Positions 10,825-23,050 of a stretch of 64,000 bases of DNA are shown piece by piece (positions within the stretch are counted from its first letter, which is position 1; every line of letters starts with the position of its first letter). The notes below the pieces were generated by a model. It had not been told where the DNA came from and did no database searches. It saw only the letters and a program-made list of their open reading frames with translations. Position numbers and translations under genes: made by a program. The stretch lies in assembly GCA_964016885.1 (NCBI GenBank), contig OZ024743.1:192510001-192574000 (forward strand). The letters run 5' to 3'. Source of the stretch: Eledone cirrhosa (lineage: Eukaryota).

Positions 10825-11780
10825 CATGTGAAGTTCACGGTCAAAGGTTGTGATTTCTAATTCATAAATGTGCTTTAAATATAGCTATTACTTCCCTATT
10901 CATAAGTTTTACAAGTTTATCATAATTTCTTTTTCATTTATTTCCTCATTGTTTTTCTTTTACTCTTTTACCTGTTTCAGCCATCCGGCTGAGGCCATGC
11001 TGGGGCACTTTTATTTAATTTTTTTTTGTGATACATTGACGATATGAGCTCCAATTTACTCAGAGCTGTATAAATAACGGCACTGACTGGAAAAAGTAAT
11101 TGTTTGATTCTTCCCGGTATTTCAGGATTTTATTCTGTTTGACAACGGAAGCAGTGACCCTCACATTTAACGTGGCATCCATGATATTTAAGGGAGCAAA
11201 AGAGTGACTGACTTTGACATCCCAGATGAGACACCTGCCTCTTACTCAGTGACAAAAGGTAAGGCCGTCTGGTCTCTTCCCATCAATTCTGGATAATCCA
11301 GCCGGCTCCAGAAATTTAGGTACTGTTGCACAGGCTAGACTTATATACATAGTCCTTCCTCTTACCACGAAAAACTATGTTGGTCTAGAAGGAAGCTAAT
11401 GATTCATATGCCACTAAAGTTCTATTTTTCTTGTTAGTTTACTTTCTCCATTCTCTCTCCATTGTTTTTATTTTTTTTCACAATACGCCAACCATCGGTC
11501 TCATTCTCGCTTCTCTCCTTTTTCTCTATACCCCTCTCATTTCTCATCTCATGCTTTAGACTCTCTTTCTTACTGTCTCTCCCTCTCAGTTCAATATCTT
11601 AACCCGACTTTTTACTCTACATATAGTATACAGCTGTTTACAGCTATGCTTTGCACTGAGAATATAGTTTTATGAAAATTCAAGAGATGTCAACATGAAT
11701 GGACCTGTTATTTTTATCTAAAGACATTTTTTTATAATTCCAACCCGCCCGTCCCTCAAATTATCTTATTTCTCATTCTT

Positions 11781-11816
11781 TCTTCTGATGAAAGACTAGC
11801 GTCCGAAACGTTAAGA
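11781..11816 (+). ncRNA. Minimal type I hammerhead ribozyme motif (Penelope-like-element type)
   Basis: TCTT-CTGATGA-A-AGAC tagc GTCC-GAAA-CG-TT-AAGA: stem I TCTT/AAGA, short stem II, palindromic AACGTT stem III. Confidence 0.6.
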
Positions 11817-12911
11817 CCCTCTTCCTGCTATATCAAGCGTTAACCTAATATATCCCTTCCATATACTGTACCGATTGTATTGTTATTTCTGTTTACCTTT
11901 TACATATATATATATCTGTATGTGGTTGACAGCCGAGAGAAAAGAGTACTCAATACTGAAGTAGAGTTTTGATATTCATTTCATTAAGGTTAAACAGCGA
12001 GCTCATTAATCATATACACTACCTTCTAAAATATGTATCGAGCCTTGAAGCACATGGGGGTGGTGCTTATCCCAGTTTCTGTGGTGGGAAGCTACTGAGA
12101 GTACAAGACTCCTCATAGGACAAGATGCCAGTCCACCACAGGGTTAAACCTCCAGCTATTGTTGGTACTCATTTTCAGCTGAGTATACTGGAACAACATG
12201 AAATGAAGTGTTTTGTTCAAGAACACTACATACAGCCCAGTCTAGGAATTGAACCCATGACATTATGACCATAGTTCAACACCCTTATCACTAGACTACT
12301 GCCTTGCCTGTACTCATTTTACCTATTAGTTTGGGGGGTTTTTTTACATTATAATATGTATAAGCATAGCTGTGTGGTTAAGGAGTTTGCATCACAATCA
12401 CATGGTTTCAAGTTGTCATACTGTAGGCCACTATGTAGAAATGTCTTATATGTGTGTGTTTATGTCCCATAACTTAGCAGTTCAACAAAAAGTGGTCAAT
12501 GTAATAAATACCAGAGTTGATGACCACAGTTTAATGAGTGAAACCAGTAAAAGAACAGAAGAATGCTTTCTGTAAACAATAATATTATTAACTATAGGCT
12601 CCCAGTGTAAATATCACAGGTAGACTGCATTTCTGATGGTGAGGGTGACAAGAGAATGTCTGTACAACTTGAACAAAACACCCCAGAATTGCTTTTCCCT
12701 CATTAGCACGGTGGAAGTATACCATAAATTTGACTTTACAATTATAGTGTCGGATTTAGGACAAATGAGGCCCTGTGCTAGTTAAGTTATGAGGCCTCAT
12801 ACTTGGGCCCTGAAGGAGGTAATTCATTCTAAAAAAAGTTTTTGCAGAAAAATGACCCCCTGCCAACAGGGCCCTCTGCTTAAGCACACCTAAGAACAAT
12901 GGTAAATCCAG

Positions 12912-13105
12912 CATTGGTAGGCAGTGAATTGGCAGAGACATTAGAATGTCAGATAGGATGCTTTGAGTTTGAAATCTGACCAGGTCGACTTTGATTTTCA
13001 TCCTTCTAAGGTTAATAAAATAAAGTACCAGTAAAGTACTGTGGTCAAGATAATTGACTTTCCCCTTCCCAAAAATTGCTGGCCTTGTGCCAATGTTAGA
13101 AAGAG
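12912..13105 (+). mobile_element. tRNA-derived SINE (older copy)
   Basis: Box B and TTTCATCCTT..TAAAATAAAGTACCAG core. Other copies at ~13575-13733, 15150-15300 and 18678-18882 (+), and 19290-19502 (-). Confidence 0.75.
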
Positions 13106-16100
13106 CTATTACAGTCAGAAGGTGGTGAATTGACAAAGTTGTTACAATGTCAGATAGAATGCTTTGCGATATTCTTTCTAGCTCTTAGTGCTCTGAGTAC
13201 AAAACCCATCAGGATGAAGGTCAAGCTTGCCTTTCAACCTTTCAAGGTGGATAAAAGGAGTAACAGTCCAGTACTGGGGTAAATACTTCCTCTATATCTC
13301 TTTCTCATTTCTCCATCACTCTCTCTTTCCTTCTCTGCCATGTTAAAAACAAAAAAATGCCCAAGACAGGCAGTATATCACGACTGTGCTCCTATGACTC
13401 CATCAGTAGTTACAGATCTATCCACACACACACACACACACATGTACATGTACATGCATTCATACATTACAGTTGATTCTGTACAATTACAAACAAAATA
13501 ATCTGAAAATTCTGTTAAATATATAACTCTTCTTCAAAGCACTAAACTAATTATCTTCAAATCTATATAAAAGTAGAGGGTCGGACGCCATGCTTTCCAG
13601 CATCGTTACGTCCCTTTACGATCTGAGTTCAAATCCCGCCGAGGTTGACTTTCATCCTTACGGGGTCGATAAATTAAAGTACCAGTAATGCACTGGGTAA
13701 TTGCTGGCCTTGTGCCTAAAGTAGAAACAATTAATTACAAATGCAAATAAAGTCAGAATTCTCTTACCTCTTTCTGTTCAAACCAGCCGTAACTGACCGT
13801 TCATACTGATGTTAAGGTATTGTTCTCAAAATAAATAATATCAAAATCTCGTAGATTCGATATTATGTGAGATAATTATGTAAGGTAAAGCCTTTACCAG
13901 GAAAATATAATAGTCCGTATAGATTAATGTAAATGCTAAAGGTTTAATGTAACTTTCAGGGAAATTCAATGTGACACAGCAATCTCAGATAAAATTTAAA
14001 ATTCATTTTTGTTTATAAATTATACAACTCCAGTAGTCTCACATATTATATATTTATAGCTAAAAAAATGGCTCTTCAGAATGAAAAGTTTCAACACCAC
14101 TAATTTATAGCCATACCAAGAATGAAAATACATCACAGACAGTAAAAACTAGACAGCAGATACTGTTTGCTTACAACAAGAATTTGAAACATTCTGGTAA
14201 ATATGTATCACAGTTTTGGCATAATAAATATGTGAAGTAAAACCTTAATGTCTTCTACTTCATTATGATACTAATACTCTGTCATACACTGATCCCATAT
14301 CGTACTAAGAAAGGTTTACTGACATGGAGTACTTAATCCTGCTCCCACCAAAGTTTGTTAATTGGAGTTTATGACTGCTAAACTGATCACCGATTAACAT
14401 AAAATAACAATTATAGACATAAAAGACAAATCAATGAAGTAAACAGAGGAAGTTATATCTGCTGGTCAGTCTTTTTCTGTATGCTTACAGGTTCTGTTGG
14501 TTACCTTGGGGGGGGGGGGGGGGGGGGGCACTGTGGCATGGACTTGGTCCTGTTGTTGTTATTGTTAATTTTAATTTGGCAGATGGAAACTGTGCCCATT
14601 GTATATATATATATATTTTTTTTAAATTTTTTTTTAATTTACATATGCATAGAGCACTCTTCTTTCCTTTCCCTTTTCTACGGAAATACTTAACATATAT
14701 ATAAAATAGGGGACTCACAGGACAAGGATAATGGAAAAAAAAGTGGAAAGACAGACAGTCCCATCTCCTTAGTCAACCTCTTGAAATCACTACGGCTTCT
14801 GCTGTTTTTTTCCATTGTTTTTGTTCTGTGTGCCCCTTATTTTGAATTCATATTCTAAACACTTAGTCATGCAGGCTTTTCTGAAACTATGTGTGTGTGT
14901 GTGATTATGTGTATATGTTAAAGTTAAAAATTTGACAAGATATTGTTAAAATAAGTCCCAGACTTAAAAAAAAAGTACTGAGGTTGAAATGATCAACTAA
15001 ATCCTTTTTAGGCAATACCCCAGCATAGCCACCCACAGTCTAACAACTGAAACCAGTAAAAGAATACATTCCAAATTTCCACTTATGTATCTAGTTATTT
15101 TAGATTTAATTATTATGACTACATTGATACATGCTAATCTAGATTAAAGGCAATGAATTGGCAGTCATGAGAACATCAGTTAGAATACTTTGCAGCATTT
15201 GTTTTGGCTCTCTGCATTCTGAGTTCAAATATCGCTGAGGTTAACTTTGCCTTTCATCCTTTCGAAGTTGATAAAAAAAAGTACCAGTCAGGTACTAGGG
15301 CAGATTCTTCCTCTATATCTCTTTCTCACTTCCATTCGTTCACTCTCTATTATTCTCTGGAAGAAATCTGCTGTATTTAGACTTGTAGAAGAGATGGGCT
15401 CCACCAGGTTTTAAACTATTCCCTAGAAACAACGTGTGTCAATATGGCATCCCTACAACACCCCCAGGAGTTACAGAACCATGCATGCAATCTAGATTAA
15501 CTGATTGTATCAACTGTGAATAAATTTATTTAAAAAGTTTTGGTTGGACTTCCATCAGTTTTTATGAGTGTTTTAGCTGTTTGAATGATAGAAAAACCTT
15601 GCTTGTGTAATTAACATCGAAAGTGCAGAGCATTCCACAGACACATGTTCCCTTAATGTAATTCTCAGGGAGATTCAGCACAATACATTGTGTAACATGA
15701 TACATTGTGTAACTTTGAATTATATGTACAATACATTTTTTTCAGCTGATTGGACTGGAGCCAAGTGAAATAAGGTGTCTTGCTGAAGAACACAATGTGC
15801 CACTGGCAATGAAACTCATGACAATATAATTGTGAGCTGAACACTAACCACTAAGCCACATGTCTTCACAATTTTTATGTTGACTTTTCCTTGCTGATTT
15901 TGACAAGACTTTTCAAGGCAATATTTTACAACCAGATGCCCTTCTTGACACAATCACTTTTGGTCATTTCTTACAACATGTAAGGATAAGAGATGGTACC
16001 TATTCTAAATTGGATACACATGGTGATATGTCAAATAAAATCACATTTTACTGTAAATGAAATATATACTGCTTTAGTACAAAATCAAAGAAAATGGGTT

Positions 16101-19100
16101 CATACAAACCTGTTTATTTCATTTCCTGGGGAATTGCTGCCACCAGTCAAACACCATCAGCTAGAAAGCCTTACTTTATTCTTAAGCTTACTTCAAGTAT
16201 GTTGGTTCCTGACTTTATTATATCCAATTTGGCACTGTCTGTTTCAATGATCAAATCTCCCCCAATTTAAATTTACCTTTTTATCTATCTCGGGTTTATA
16301 AATGTACAGATGTGTTAGTGAATTTTAATCCCTGTACATACCCTCCATCCTTATATAGTAGGCAGTCAATTGTTTCCTCAATTGTTTCCATTATAAAAAA
16401 ATTTTGAGATTTGGCAGCTATTTACCTTTATTAAGGCAACTATATGGAGGTTCTGGTGCATTAGCAGTTATTTTTACCATATTGCTGGGATTGAGTACTT
16501 ATGTTAACACTTTCAATACCATATTTCTAGTGAAAGACTATGACTATGGTTTTCAAATAATTTTGAAAATAATCAAGAATTTGAAGAGATTTTGTAACAT
16601 AACCAACTTCATTATTCAGCTGATGTTTGTAACAAAGGTTCTAACATAAGATTAAGATGGAAGGATTTTAGATAAATATAAACAAATTTAAAACAAGTAG
16701 TTTTGTATTATAGAATCAAGGGCAATTTCCAGTGACTGGTTAACAAAAAAGTTAATGATTTTTCAATTGTATTGGTGGTTCAAACAAGTGCACAACTTGT
16801 CTGGATCTTCACTTGTTCTAAAGAAAAGAAAGGATGACCTGTAACAGTAAGACACACTATCTCAGTATGCATGATGGATCCTTTATTGATTTCAATGATT
16901 AGTGTTCACTTATTTAGTCAATTGACCATCTAGCTTGTGAATTAACATATAAGTGGTTGAGTATTCTACAGACATATGTAATTCTACAGCTGCATCAGCA
17001 TAACACAATGTGTGAGATGAATGGACAGCTGAATTACAGGTACAAACCAGGCTTTTACACAGCTCTCTACCCAATTTCATTTACAAGGCTTAGGTGAATG
17101 TGAAGCAATAAGGGACAAACCACAATCTTTAAATTACAGGTGAAATCCATCTAGTGGGCTTTCATACAGATTCCATCTATCCAGTTTCACTTAGAAGGCT
17201 TGGGTTGACCCAAGGATATAGTAAAAGACACTTATGCAATATGTTACACAGTGGGATTCAACCACGACATAGTGATTGCAAAGTGAACTTCATAACCATT
17301 TAGCCATGCAGTATTCACTCAGTTAAGTGGTTAATGAGAAGTAGAGTATCTGGTTGAGAATCAATTGCTCCTAATCATCTTTCAAATACCAATTTCATTA
17401 TATTTACATGAAAAATTGAATGGAAAATACAAAATATAATAGACCATAGAAAAACTCTTGAGTAACAGGAAGAGAACTATATTGAATAATTTAACTATAA
17501 TAATAGGTACAGGCATAGTTGTATGGTTAAGAAGTTTGCTTAGGTTCTGTCCCACCCTGTAGTATCTTGGCCATGTGTCTTCTACTTGAGTTGACCAATA
17601 CCTAGCCAGTGAAATTTTGTAGATGGAAGTTGTGTGGAAACTCAACACACATGCTTGAATGTGTGTATATATATATATATACCTACCCACATACATACAT
17701 GCATGGATGTTGATTACTACTTCTTGTCAGAAGAGTGCCATCCCTTCATTGAACATTGCATGATCATGTGCACGCAGGTAAAATTTCAGACTAGCTTTTG
17801 TTTTGCAAGCACATTCACAGATATGACACTTGAACTGTGTCTCCTGGCATTATTGGCTGAGGCATGTCTTCATGCATTCTATGTCTGGTCAGTCCACCTG
17901 CTGACTTGCAAATTAAATCACAGCCATTGCAAATGTACAGTGGAGGGCATGGCAGTAGAACCATCTTACAAGTGGCTCAATTTCTCCGTGGTTCGTATAT
18001 ATATATACACACACACATTTATTTATATATATATACACACACACATTTGTGTATGTGTGTGCACACCATTTAATAACTGGTGCTGTCTGTATATGTCCTG
18101 TAACCTTGCAGTTTGATAAATTGTTGAAATAAGTACCAGACTTAAAAATATGTAATGGGTTTCATACAGTTGATTAAACACCTCAGCATGGCTTCTATCG
18201 AATGAAACCAGTAAAAAAAATAAATAATTTATCCACAAACCAAACAGATCAATAAATATATAATTGATTTCTTAGTATATCTGCTTGTTAAATAGTACTG
18301 GATGTCTTGTTTCTCGAAGACAAAAAAATGTTAAATGTCCTATCAATAATTAATTCTTGGCATTCTAACAACACTGATGGTAATCAAATAATAAATAATA
18401 TAATAACACTGGGCAATATTTTCCCTCTCTTGAACAAGTAATTTGTGATAAATTGCACACTAAGCAGTTGAAGTATAAATTTATAAAGCCTTTGGTTAAA
18501 TTTTTTCCACGGGTTGTGTGAAATGTAGACAATTTCCAAAGGTAGTTTCAACAATAACCCAAACTCAGATTAAGATGTTAATTTCTTTTTTTCAGTCTAT
18601 AGAGAAATAAGTAAATAAAACATGTTTACACACATTTCTTGCAGCTTTGGAGAAACATGTGAATAAGACATGCTTACATTGGCAGTATCGGTAGAGCTTC
18701 GGACAACATGCTTTCCAGCATAGACAGCCTTTTACGGTCTGAGTTCAAATCCCGCCGAGGTTAGCTTTGCCTTCCAACTTTAAGAGATCGATAAAATAAA
18801 GCACCAGTAATGCACTGGGTCGATTTACTGGACTTTCCCCTCACCAAAAATTGTTGGCCTGTGCCTAAAGTAGATACAATTATATATATTATATATTGTG
18901 TGTGTGTGCATTTACATATATATATTTCTTGTAGCTTCAGTTCAAACTGTTACTATTTCTGTACAGACATGAATTAAAAGTCATTTATGATATGACGAAC
19001 TCTGGAGGAAACCATTGAAAAAAATTTCAAACAAATTTTCTTTACAATTTCAACACTGCCTAGATAAACTAGACACACACACAAGATAAAATTAAAAAAA

Positions 19101-19861
19101 TAAATAGAACAGAATGATTTCCTGGTATAAAACTTGTTTATCATAGGTGTACTTCTTCATATGAGGAATTTAACCTATGTCCACACCTAACTAGAAATTA
19201 ATTTGCTAGACATTTTTTTTACATCAATAATTCTATGCCTGCATGAGTGAGATTGTGGGTTTAAAAAAATTTTTTTTTGTGTGTGTGTAATAATGGTTTT
19301 TGATTTAGGCACAAGGCCAACAATTTGAGGAAGAGAAAGTAAATTCAATCGACCCCAGTGGATTAGTACTTCATTTTATCGACTCTGTAAGGATGAAAGG
19401 CAAAGCTAACCTTAGTAGGATTAGAACCCAGAATGTAAAGGGCCATAACTATATGCCACAAAGCATGTTGTCCGATGCCCTACCGAGACTGCCAATCCAC
19501 CATAATAATACATATAAGGAAAGTTAACAAGGAAACAATGCAGAAGAATATTACGACATATTTCACTGTAATTACTGTTTGACTGATAAGCAGGTTTCAC
19601 ATGTAGTTCACAGTTGAGTATTAGTGACACAAGAGGTATCAACCTAGAAAATTGATTTCTATAACGATAGATGAGTCATCATCATTTTACGTCCGCTTTT
19701 CCCTGCTTGCAAGGGTGGGACAGGAACTGATTCTAGCTTGATTTCTACAGCTGGATGCCCTTCTAACACCAACCTCATTTACAGTGAGTGCTGGGTGCTT
19801 TTTTGCCGTAGCACCTCCACAACCACTTTGCAGTGGAATGATATGGGCTCCAGTCCCTATC

Positions 19862-20005
19862 ATCTCATTTCTACAGCTGAGTAAACTGTAGCAATGTGAA
19901 ATAAAGTGTCTTGCTCAAGGAAACAACACATCACCCGGTCTGAGAATTGAACTCACAACCTTTCGATTGCAAGGCCAATGCTCTAACCACTAAGCCATGT
20001 GCCTC
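19862..20005 (-). mobile_element. CORE-like tRNA-derived SINE (second family)
   Basis: Head GGCACATGGCTTAGTGGTTAGAG..GAGTTCAATTC and TCCTTGAGCAAGACACTTTATTTCAC core. Related copies at ~12170-12305, 15590-15865, 25380-25620, 31368-31480 and 59692-60175. Confidence 0.75.
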
Positions 20006-20649
20006 CATGTGTGTATAAATAAATGTAAAGAAACAGTGCAGAAAAAATGTTGACACCGAGAAATAAAACTTGACCCGATTCATCCACATGTACACCCAAA
20101 AATCTCCCACTATCACTCCTAAATAACTCTTCACTATCACTGGAGATCTTCATATCCCCACAATAGCCATTCTCAGCATCACTTCACATCACCCCTACTC
20201 TATTCAGGGTGAAACTCTAAACCCTGATACACCTGTCACAATCCATTAGTAAATGTTATCACCACAGTACCTCACACACTGCCCGATGTCACTCTTCCCC
20301 TCCAACTCATCACCCTTCACCCTGTCAAAAATCCATCTACCCTTCACAGCCCATTTCCGTCCACAGGATAGTGAGGGTACTTCAGTAAAGTTCTTGAGAC
20401 CAACAACTTCTCTAGAACTTGTGCCACAAAAAATGCACCCAGTACACTCTAAGGTGGTTGGCCATAGGAAGGGCATCCTGCTGTAGAAACCATGTCAAAA
20501 GGATTCTTTGTGTCAGAGGCATGACAATCTTTCTAGTGTTTGTGATCTACACGCTAAATGCACAAAGACTAAAATGGTTTGTGATATGGGCACCTAGCTG
20601 TAGAAAAACTGCCAACCAGAGGGTCAAGGGGACTTTTCAACTGTGTTAA

Positions 20650-20867
20650 CCCTTTAGCATTTAAACCGGCCATATCTGGCCAGAATTCTCTCACCTCATT
20701 TTGATCAAACCAGCCATAACTGGCTGCTCATACTGATGTTAAGGTATTTTTCTCAAAATAAATAATATCAAAATCTCAGATTCAATATTATGCAAGATAT
20801 TATGTGAGGTGAAGCCTTTACCATGAAAGTACAATAGTGTATATAGAGTAATATAAATGCTAAAGGG
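20650..20867. mobile_element. piggyBac-type MITE
   Basis: TTAA|CCCTTTAGCATTTA...TAAATGCTAAAGGG|TTAA. Opposite-orientation copy at 39382-39589; partial copy at ~13750-13945. Confidence 0.88.
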
Positions 20868-21177
20868 TTAAATATATGACAAAATGATTTGAAAATTATA
20901 AGCAGTGTCTTTCATTAGAAATATGGTAATGAAAGGATTAACAATTTGTGTGGCTTTTGAGTGACTAAAATAACTCTTCCAAAATATAATTGCTTTAGCT
21001 TCAACACAGTTTCAAATCAAGTACAATTCCAAAGAAGGGGTGGAGGACAAAAAATATACAATTATAGAAAGTATCAGTCTGCTAAATAAGACCTCAAAGT
21101 TAGCAAATAATTAAAAATATTTACAAGCTGGCATTTTAGAAGCAGAAGCTTCTGTAATTAAATCAAAGGTTACAGTA

Positions 21178-21373
21178 CTATATGGTCAACTGAAAAGTTC
21201 ATAAGCTGACTCTGAAGGATTAATACTAGAGCTGTGAAATCTTGCATTAATTCTAATTCTTTATTAATAATTGCATTGTTTCCTTCCAGGGAGTCAGTTG
21301 AAAAATAAACCTCATTTAGTCATTCCATGAGAGTGTCTTGGTCAGCCTACGAACTTTTCAGTCTACCCTCATA
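21178..21373. mobile_element. Tc1/mariner-type MITE
   Basis: TIRs GGTCAACTGAAAAGTTCATAAGCTGAC / GTCAGCCTACGAACTTTTCAG..CCCTCATA; second copy at ~34365-34540. Confidence 0.75.
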
Positions 21374-22459
21374 CAGTACATTAACCCTTCTGTCATCATA
21401 TTTTAAATAAAACAACCTGTGTTTTACCACTTTTCATTAAAATATTTATAATAAAAAATGCCTATAATTTTCAGATCATTTTGAAAATAATCAGGAATTT
21501 GTAGAGTTTTAGTAACATATCTAAATTTCTCATTAAGTTGGTGTTTAGATAAATTCAATGTTCTTATTTAAAATTGTAAAAAGTTTTTAAATGTATATAA
21601 GCATTTAAAAATAATCAGTTTAGTATCCTAGAACCAGGAATGGTTTGGAATCAAAGGGGTTAATTTTTAGATTGTTTAAGAAGTTAGCAGAATTTAGTAA
21701 AATAATTCAGTTTTTTTGTTGTTTTTTTATTAAGTGCTGGCTGGATTACAACTCAACAAAATGGATTTATATTGTTTTAGGTAGGAAGGTTTCAATTTAA
21801 AACAAAGATTGTCATAGAACTTGTGGCAGCCTCAGGCATGTCAAAGTTATTGGCGCTAAAAGACCAATTATAAACAAAATTTAACAGAAGACCCTTGAAA
21901 AGCTATAATTCTTAGAAAACCGAATTTTGTTAATGTGTAACAGAACAAAATAGTATTTATGAATTATATGCGGAACTTTAAAAAAGTCTTAAGTTGTTTA
22001 TATTTCAGCATTAGAATTTTGTTCCATTCTATTGCATAGATTCTGCCAGACAAGCTACCTACTAGATTTTCTCATATTGGATACTTGCTTATCCTGGGAT
22101 ACCAGGATGGAATTTGCCTACTTCTCAGAACCCCCATGACATTACAGCTTACACTTATGTGGATTTATATGACTTCTTTTGAGGTTTATCATAAAAAGCA
22201 ATATGAAATGGAGTGACTTGTTCAAGAACACACCACTCAATCCAGGAATTAAAACCATGATCACAAGTCTAACACCCTAACAACTAGTCAACCATCTGGG
22301 ATGTAATAAAAAAAAAAAATCTAAAAAGAAAAAAAAAAAAACTGCTGGCAAAAAGGAGGTGGAATATGAACTAAAAGAAAAAGATACTGCAAAGTACACC
22401 ACTTAACTCTTCAGCAATTCTGCTCATCCATTGCACCTGTACTAGTACTTTATATTCTT

Positions 22460-23050
22460 CTTTGCCTACTTATTACTGGGAGAGTCGGGGTCTTCAAACA
22501 CTCCCTCCAGTGGGTCCTGTCAGAAGCAACTATCTCCAACTGATCTGGCTGGATCCCCAAGCAAGACCAGCCAAACTCATTGGTGTTATCCAACCATCTT
22601 GCTCTGGGTATATCCCTGGGTACCCTGCCAGTTGGTTTTGCCCATAAAAATCTGTCCAGCGATTCTTTCCTGAGACATTCTAATCACATGCCCGTAAGTA
22701 TCAGAGCTGTGATCTCTCAATTCGAAGAAGTAGTGGCTCTACCTAGAGTGACTAATTTTTGAGCTACACACTATCGAGTAACATTACTCCAGAGACCCTT
22801 CAGAGGAACCCCATTTTGGCTGCTTGTATTCGCGATCATATTCTTTCGGTCATTACCCAAAATTCATGGCCATAGATAAGGCTTGGCACAAATACTGAAT
22901 TGAAGATAACAAGTGTGGCTTTTACACCTACCTCCTTTTTGATGACCAAATGCTAAAGCTGGCACATTACTGCACCAGCTCCTGCAATTAATTTAGCCTC
23001 CTGCCTTCCATCACTCGTGAACACAGTCCTGAGATACTTGAACTTCACCT
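22460..23050 (-). mobile_element. Degraded RTE LINE 3' fragment
   Basis: Reverse-strand similarity to 1290-1590 and to 40420-40640. Confidence 0.7.

Noticed and set aside
11040-11430. Penelope GIY-YIG coding remnant upstream of the hammerhead
   Set aside because: No recognisable motif could be read in the frames examined.
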